From the NCBI RefSeq assembly GCF_000284115.1, contig NC_017080.1:1530001-1562000 (forward strand): a stretch of 32,000 nt of DNA. The letters are read 5' to 3'. This document shows positions 26,939 through 32,000 of this stretch, piece by piece. Below the pieces are notes generated by a model. The model was not told where the DNA came from, searched no databases, and saw only the letters and a program-made list of their open reading frames with translations. The DNA is from Phycisphaera mikurensis NBRC 102666. Lineage in GTDB: Bacteria; Planctomycetota; Phycisphaerae; Phycisphaerales; Phycisphaeraceae. Every line of letters starts with the position of its first letter. The stretch's first letter is position 1. The translations under genes and the position numbers were made by a program.

Positions 26939-26988
26939 ATCCGCGGACCGTCGGGCGGATCGTCCGAATCGACCGACGGTCCGCGGAT
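26939..26988. repeat. 16-bp perfect inverted repeat between divergent genes
   Basis: ATCCGCGGACCGTCGG (26939-26954) / CCGACGGTCCGCGGAT (26973-26988). Confidence 0.85.
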
Positions 26989-27021
26989 TCTCGCTGGCAC
27001 GGCGCTTGCATCGACCGCGAC

Positions 27022-27891
27022 GTGGAGCTCAAGCTGCTGCGTTCGATGTGGGGGGCACCGGAGGATCCGGCGGCGCTCGTCGGGCACGTGGTCGGGATGG
27101 GGATGGACGGCGTCGAAGGGCCGCCGCCCCCGACGCCCGCTGCGCGGGCCGACCTCCGCCGCCGGCTCGACGACGCCGGGCTCGTGTTCGTCGCCGAAGC
27201 CTGCACGGGCCGGCCACGGGGCGACGAGCCCGCGGCGGAGCGGTGGTGGATGGCGGATCCCGGGGCTCCGCCGGAGCGTCACCTCGACGACCTCCGCCGG
27301 GTGGTCGACGGCGCCCTGGAGATGAACGCCCTGCTCGTGAGCGGGCTGACCGGCTTCGACGCCTGGCCGCTGCAGCGTTCGATCGACTTCCTCGGCGAGC
27401 TATCCGCTCTGGACGCCGGCATCCCCGCCACCGCTGAGACGCACCGCGGCCGCAGCCTCTTCAACCCCTGGGTGACCGACACCGTCCTCGCCGCGCTCCC
27501 GGGGCTGGAGCTGACGTGCGACTTCAGCCACTGGTGCGTGGTCGCCGAGCGGCTGATCGACTCGGAGCTGCCGAGCATCGAGCGGGCGGCCGCGCGATGT
27601 CGGCACCTCCACGGCCGCGTCGGCTGGGCGCAGTCTGCGCAAGTCGGTGACCCGCGCGACCCGGTCCACGCCGACGCGCTCGCCGCTCACGAGCGCTGGT
27701 GGGACCTGTGTTGGAGCGCCCAGGAAGCACGCGGCTTCAGCACCTCCACCATGACCCTCGAGTTCGGGCCCGACGGCTACACGCCGCTGCTGCCCTTCAC
27801 CCGCCAGCCGGTCAGCGACCTGAACGACGTCATCCGCTGGATGGCCGACCGGCAGCGCGGCCGCTTCGCCGCGCGAGGATCCACCCCATGA
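27022..27891 (+). CDS. Sugar phosphate isomerase/epimerase-like TIM-barrel protein
   Basis: MELKLLRSMWGAPEDPAALVGHVVGMGMDGVEG...AGIPATAETHRGRSLFNPWVTDTVLAALPGLELTCDFSHWCVVAERL...CRHLHGRVGWAQ...STMTLEFGPDGY. GTG start chosen. Confidence 0.85.
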   Translation: MELKLLRSMWGAPEDPAALVGHVVGMGMDGVEGPPPPTPAARADLRRRLDDAGLVFVAEACTGRPRGDEPAAERWWMADPGAPPERHLDDLRRVVDGALEMNALLVSGLTGFDAWPLQRSIDFLGELSALDAGIPATAETHRGRSLFNPWVTDTVLAALPGLELTCDFSHWCVVAERLIDSELPSIERAAARCRHLHGRVGWAQSAQVGDPRDPVHADALAAHERWWDLCWSAQEARGFSTSTMTLEFGPDGYTPLLPFTRQPVSDLNDVIRWMADRQRGRFAARGSTP

Positions 27892-29090
27892 TCGAGACCC
27901 TGATCGACCAGATCGCCGCCACCGCCGCGCTCCCGCTGGAGCGGGCGCAGACGCTGCCCGCCGCCGTCTACACCGACCCTGACTGGCACGCCTTCGAGCG
28001 GGACGCGCTGCTGCCCAAGGAATGGCTCTCGGTCGCGCACGTCTCGCAGGTGCCCCACGCCGGCGACTTCCTCCGCCTCGACGTGCTCGGTGAACCGATG
28101 CTCGTCGTCCGTGGGAAAGACGGCGTGGTCCGCGTGCTGTCCCGCGTGTGCCGCCACCGCGGGATGGACCTGATGCCCGCCGGCCACGGCTACGCCGACG
28201 CCGGCAACGAGCGGACGCTGCTGTGCCCGTATCACTACTGGAGCTACGACCTCAACGGCAAGCTCAAGGGCGCGCCGGAGATGCAGAAAGCCGAAGGCTT
28301 CGACCGCTCGGAGGTGTGCCTGCACGAGCACCGCAGCGAGATCTTCGAGGGCTTCGTCTTCGTGACGCAGGACCGCGAAGCTCCGCCGGTGGCCGAGAAG
28401 CTGGCCGGGCTCCGCGACCGGTTCATCGGCCGCTGGGGGCTCGGCGACGCCGAAGTCGTCTACGAGAAGCATTGGGAGTCGGCCTTCGACTGGAAGCTGC
28501 TCGTCGAGAACTTCATGGAGCCCTACCACCACATGGGCAGCCACCGCGACACGCTCCAGCCGATCATGCCGGCGCACGGCTGCTGGACCGAGCCCGAGGA
28601 CCCGGATTGGGTCGCGTGCCACCTGCCGCTGTCGAAGAAGCTGCAGGAGGAGGCCGACCGCAACGGCCGGCTCGCCGGCTTCACGCCCTTCCCCGGACTC
28701 GAGCCCGACGACCACAAGCAGTGGTGGGTCTTCCTGGGGCACCCGACCTTCCTGCTGTTCGTCGGGCCCAATGAAGTCTTCTGGTACCGGCTGCTCCCGA
28801 CCGGCCCGGGCACGTGCTCGCTTCTGACGACGCTGCTGGTGTCCGGTGAGGCGAAGCAGGCGGAGGACTATGCGGCCTCGTTTGCCGCCGACACGAAGCT
28901 GATCGTCGACGTCCACCTGGAGGACGTGGAGGCGCTGGAGGGCATGCAGCGGGGGGCGGCGAGCGTGGGCTGCGCCCCCGGCCGGCTCTCGCACCTGGAA
29001 GAGCCGATCCACCACTTCCAGCGCTGGCTGGCGCGGGCGGCGGAGCGGGCGATGTCGGGGCAGGGGGTGACGGTGGGCGCGACGGGATGA
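27888..29090 (+). CDS. Rieske non-heme iron oxygenase, alpha subunit (aromatic-ring/quaternary-amine oxygenase type)
   Basis: ATG overlaps upstream stop (ATGA); CRHRGMDLMPAG...LLCPYHYWSYDLNGKLKGAP Rieske [2Fe-2S] CxH...CxxH; ENFMEPYHHMGSHRDTLQ mononuclear iron motif. Confidence 0.93.
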   Translation: MIETLIDQIAATAALPLERAQTLPAAVYTDPDWHAFERDALLPKEWLSVAHVSQVPHAGDFLRLDVLGEPMLVVRGKDGVVRVLSRVCRHRGMDLMPAGHGYADAGNERTLLCPYHYWSYDLNGKLKGAPEMQKAEGFDRSEVCLHEHRSEIFEGFVFVTQDREAPPVAEKLAGLRDRFIGRWGLGDAEVVYEKHWESAFDWKLLVENFMEPYHHMGSHRDTLQPIMPAHGCWTEPEDPDWVACHLPLSKKLQEEADRNGRLAGFTPFPGLEPDDHKQWWVFLGHPTFLLFVGPNEVFWYRLLPTGPGTCSLLTTLLVSGEAKQAEDYAASFAADTKLIVDVHLEDVEALEGMQRGAASVGCAPGRLSHLEEPIHHFQRWLARAAERAMSGQGVTVGATG

Positions 29091-29782
29091 GCGATGGCGT
29101 CCTCCCGGAGATGGCGCGGATCGAGCCGGGCCGCTTCCTGATGGGTGCGACGGAGAACGACCGCTTCGCATCCGTGCTGGAGCTGCCGCGGCACGAGGTG
29201 GAGATCCCGCGAGCGTTCGAGATCGCGACAACACCGGTCACGCGGGCGGCCTGGGCGGCTTACGCGGGCGACGTCGGGGCCGACGATCGGCCGGTGATGG
29301 GCGTCAGCCGGGAGGACGCCGAAAGCTACCTCGACTGGCTCTCGGCGGAGACGGGGCTCACGCTGCGGCTGCCGTCCGAGGCGGAGTGGGAGTACGCGGC
29401 CCGGGCGGGCACCACCGGCGCCTTCCACACCGGCGACGACCTGACCCCGCGGCAGGCGAACTACCTCTACGACGAGCGGGCCCGGCGGGTGGGGCCGGGG
29501 CACCCGACCCCGGTGCGGGCGTACCCGCCGAATCCGTGGGGCCTCTTCGACACGCTCGGGAGCGTCGCGGAGTGGGTCGCCGACGACTGGCACCGCGGGT
29601 ACGGCGGGGGGCCGGGCGACGGCTCGGCGTGGGTCGAGGCGCCGCGGTCGCGCGTCGGCGTCGTCCGCGGCGGCGCTTGGGATCTGCTCCCGCGGCTGTG
29701 CCGGTGCGCGTACCGGGACGCGCTGGAGGTGGACGCGCGGATCGACAACGTCGGGTTCCGCTTCGTCTCGGTGCGGGGCTGA
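29087..29782 (+). CDS. Formylglycine-generating enzyme/SUMF1-family protein
   Basis: ATG overlaps upstream stop (ATGA); [19 protein letters not shown]...[24 protein letters not shown]...[21 protein letters not shown]...[21 protein letters not shown]...VVRGGAWD...NVGFRFVSV. Confidence 0.9.
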   Translation: MSDGVLPEMARIEPGRFLMGATENDRFASVLELPRHEVEIPRAFEIATTPVTRAAWAAYAGDVGADDRPVMGVSREDAESYLDWLSAETGLTLRLPSEAEWEYAARAGTTGAFHTGDDLTPRQANYLYDERARRVGPGHPTPVRAYPPNPWGLFDTLGSVAEWVADDWHRGYGGGPGDGSAWVEAPRSRVGVVRGGAWDLLPRLCRCAYRDALEVDARIDNVGFRFVSVRG

Positions 29783-29797
29783 CACGCCGTGGCAGCC
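29780..29797. repeat. Dispersed 18-mer identical to reverse complement of 5783-5800
   Basis: TGACACGCCGTGGCAGCC, first three bases are the stop codon of the upstream gene. Confidence 0.8.
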
Positions 29798-29833
29798 TTC
29801 GCTTGGGCCTGCCCCCCCGGCTTCGCCGGTCGT

Positions 29834-29854
29834 GGCTGCCGGGGCCCGGCAGCC
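29834..29854. repeat. 10-bp inverted repeat downstream of the SUMF1-like gene
   Basis: GGCTGCCGGG (29834-29843), G, CCCGGCAGCC (29845-29854). Confidence 0.55.
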
Positions 29855-30005
29855 CCACAGGGGCAGATGCGCGCTCTGCACGCACGATAGATACACGTGC
29901 GCACGTAGCGGGCAGGTGAAACCGCCGGGAGGCGGCTTCGCTGCGCGGCACGCCGCTTGCACCGTCACGCGTGGAACTTCCCCGCCCGCTCCCGGACCTC
30001 CCACG

Positions 30006-31025
30006 ATGCTCACCCGCCGCCGCCTGACCGCCACCCTTGCCCGCCTCGCCGCCGCCGCGACGATCGCCGGCTCCCTCGTCCTGCCCGTTGCCTCGGCTTC
30101 CGCCCAGAACGAGCCGCTGAAGATCGGCTACAGCGACTGGCCCGGCTGGGTTGCCTGGGAGATCGGCATCCAGAAGGGCTGGTTCGAGGAGGCCGACGTC
30201 GACGTCGACTTCCTTTGGTTCGACTACGTCGCCTCCATGGACGCCTACGTGGCCGGTCGGGTCGACGCCGTGGCCATGACCAACGGCGACGCGCTGGTCA
30301 CCGGCGGCACGGGCAAGCCGTCGGTCACGATCCTCATCAACGACTACTCCAACGGCAACGACATGCTCGTCGTGAAGCCCGAGGTGAAGACGGTCGCCGG
30401 CCTGAAGGGCAAGAAGATCGGCGCCGAGCTGGGCTTCGTCGGGCACCTGCTCGCGATCACCGGGCTGGAGATGGCCGGCCTCAGCGCCGACGACGTCGAG
30501 TTCGTCGACACGCCCACCGACCAGACCGCCTCCGTGCTCGCCAACGGCGACGTTTCCGCCATCGCCGCCTGGCAGCCGAACTCCGGCGAAGCGTTGAAGG
30601 CCGTCGAGGGCGCCCGCGCGCTGTTCACCTCGGCCGATGCGCCCGGCATCATCTACGACGTCCTCGCCGTGTCGCCCGAGAGCCTGGAGTCCCGCCGCGA
30701 CGACTGGATGAAGGTCATCGGCGTGTGGTACCGCATCGTCGAGTACCTCAAGGACGAGGACAACATGGACGACGCGCTCGCCATTCTCGCCGCCCGCGTA
30801 AACGTGACGCCCCGCGAGTACGAGCCCTTCTTCGAGGGCACGTACATCCTGACGCTGGACGAGGCGATGGAGCGCTGGGAAGAGGGCGACGGCCTCGGCT
30901 CGATCTACGGGTCCACCGCGTACGTCAACGCCTTCAACGTGGAGCAGGGCGTGTACGACAAGCCGCTGGACGTGTCGGCGTACCTGGATCCGTCGCTGAT
31001 GGAGGCGTTCGCGGAGATGGATTGA
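30006..31025 (+). CDS. NitT/TauT-type ABC transporter substrate-binding protein (resembles putative urea/urea-carboxylase-associated SBPs)
   Basis: Signal peptide [34 protein letters not shown]; [60 protein letters not shown]; [44 protein letters not shown]. Confidence 0.9.
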   Translation: MLTRRRLTATLARLAAAATIAGSLVLPVASASAQNEPLKIGYSDWPGWVAWEIGIQKGWFEEADVDVDFLWFDYVASMDAYVAGRVDAVAMTNGDALVTGGTGKPSVTILINDYSNGNDMLVVKPEVKTVAGLKGKKIGAELGFVGHLLAITGLEMAGLSADDVEFVDTPTDQTASVLANGDVSAIAAWQPNSGEALKAVEGARALFTSADAPGIIYDVLAVSPESLESRRDDWMKVIGVWYRIVEYLKDEDNMDDALAILAARVNVTPREYEPFFEGTYILTLDEAMERWEEGDGLGSIYGSTAYVNAFNVEQGVYDKPLDVSAYLDPSLMEAFAEMD

Positions 31026-31059
31026 GCTTCCGATGCCGCTCGCGGACCGAAGACGGGTT

Positions 31060-31092
31060 CAGCCACCTTTTCCGAGGCGGAAAAGGTGGCTG
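31060..31092. repeat. 14-bp perfect inverted repeat between SBP and permease genes
   Basis: CAGCCACCTTTTCC (31060-31073) / GGAAAAGGTGGCTG (31079-31092), 5-nt loop GAGGC. Confidence 0.85.
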
Positions 31093-31128
31093 GCCCCATG
31101 AGGATTGACGGACGATGGGTTTCTCGAC

Positions 31129-32000
31129 ATGGCCGCACCCCCTTCTCGATCTCCGTGGTTCGCGATCCGGCGGGAGGTGCCGACGCATCGCAGCGGGCTG
31201 CTGATGGCGGCTTCGTTCGCGGTGCCGGTGCTCATCTGGTGCGTGCTCGCGTACGTGCCCCTCTTCCACGCCGACTACCGGCTGACGGTGGTGGCCGAGC
31301 GACAGGCGGCGAACACGGCGACGCTGACCGTGGGCGACCGCGTGGAGAAGGGCTACTTCCAGGACTACCTCGACGAGGTGGCGGCGATGAACGAGCAGAT
31401 CCGGGCCCGCGTGGCCGCGGGCGATCTTGACGCCTCGACGCGGTCCAACACGAGGATCCTCCGGGCGCTGCGGCCGGTGGCGGAGTCCAACGGCCTGCTC
31501 GCGGGTGTCGACACGGGCGACAGCGGCGTGGTCGACGCGAAGCTCTACGAGCTCTGGCTCGCGGCCGCGGATGGCGAGCGACCCGAGCTGATGGCGGCGC
31601 TGTCGGAGGAGAACCAGGCGGTGGTCCGCGGCAACGCCGAGGTCCTGCGGCGGTTCCCGCCGGAGGATCGCCAGAGCAAGCCGAAGGTGCGGGAGCCGCT
31701 GCTGAACCTGCTGCCGCAGGGTGTCTCCGCCTCGCCGGTGTACCTGCCGTCGCCCGGCGAGTGCATCCGAGCCTTCGTCGACGACTTCACCACCGAGCCG
31801 CCCAACGGCCAGCCGTGGATGCACGAGCGGCTGCTGTCGTCGCTGAAGGTCGTGTTCGGCGGCTTCGGGATGGCCGTGCTGATCGGGCTGCCGCTGGGGA
31901 TTCTGTGCGGCTGCTACGGCGTCTTCGCGCGGCTGTTCGAGCCCTTCACCGACTTCTTCCGCTACATGCCGGCCCCGACCTTCAGCCTGCTGCTGGTCGC
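31129..32000 (+). CDS. ABC transporter permease, N-terminal part (with long periplasmic-type insert), truncated by window end
   Basis: MAAPPSRSPWFAIRREVPTHRSGLLMAASFAVPVLIWCVLAYVPLF...; later HERLLSSLKVVFGGFGMAVLIGLPLGILCGCYGVFARLFEPFTDFFRYMPAPTFSLLLV typical of NitT/TauT permeases. Confidence 0.88.
   Translation, partial: MAAPPSRSPWFAIRREVPTHRSGLLMAASFAVPVLIWCVLAYVPLFHADYRLTVVAERQAANTATLTVGDRVEKGYFQDYLDEVAAMNEQIRARVAAGDLDASTRSNTRILRALRPVAESNGLLAGVDTGDSGVVDAKLYELWLAAADGERPELMAALSEENQAVVRGNAEVLRRFPPEDRQSKPKVREPLLNLLPQGVSASPVYLPSPGECIRAFVDDFTTEPPNGQPWMHERLLSSLKVVFGGFGMAVLIGLPLGILCGCYGVFARLFEPFTDFFRYMPAPTFSLLLV

Noticed and set aside
29783-30005. Possible guanidine (ykkC/mini-ykkC/guanidine-III) riboswitch, considered because the SBP resembles urea/guanidine-linked ones
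   Set aside because: I could not find the paired ACGR-loop hairpins or the ykkC conserved core by reading; kept only as an undefined structured leader.
1-32000. CRISPR array, transposase, integrase, phage, toxin-antitoxin or other defence locus
   Set aside because: No regularly spaced direct repeats, recombinase/transposase motifs or recognised defence domains were seen anywhere in the window.

Overview
High-GC chromosomal window whose gene content and PEP-CTERM/DUF1559 signatures look planctomycete-like (possibly Phycisphaerae; inference only). It encodes: the 3' end of a sugar-type ABC transporter operon (SBP and two permeases); a PEP-CTERM-tailed GH25 lysozyme; a DUF1559-like pseudopilin; a second PEP-CTERM protein; a run of cell-wall/D-alanine genes (AmpD-like amidase, DacB, lipoprotein D-amino-acid oxidase, an unassigned conserved-looking protein, VanY-like carboxypeptidase); housekeeping genes (dnaB, queA, rnhA-like, tsaD, S41 protease, LuxR-type regulator, cupin, TrkH, DUF427); and a right-hand accessory cluster (type III glutamine synthetase, creatininase-family hydrolase, TIM-barrel isomerase, Rieske oxygenase, formylglycine-generating-enzyme-like protein, NitT/TauT/urea-like SBP and permease). 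No CRISPR array, transposase, tRNA or rRNA was recognised. The two most interesting signals are (a) the compact right-hand cluster, a candidate uncharacterised N-compound uptake/catabolism system, and (b) several inverted repeats that sit at or inside the 3' ends of genes, some sharing sequence between loci. All similarity statements come from reading motifs, not database searches.
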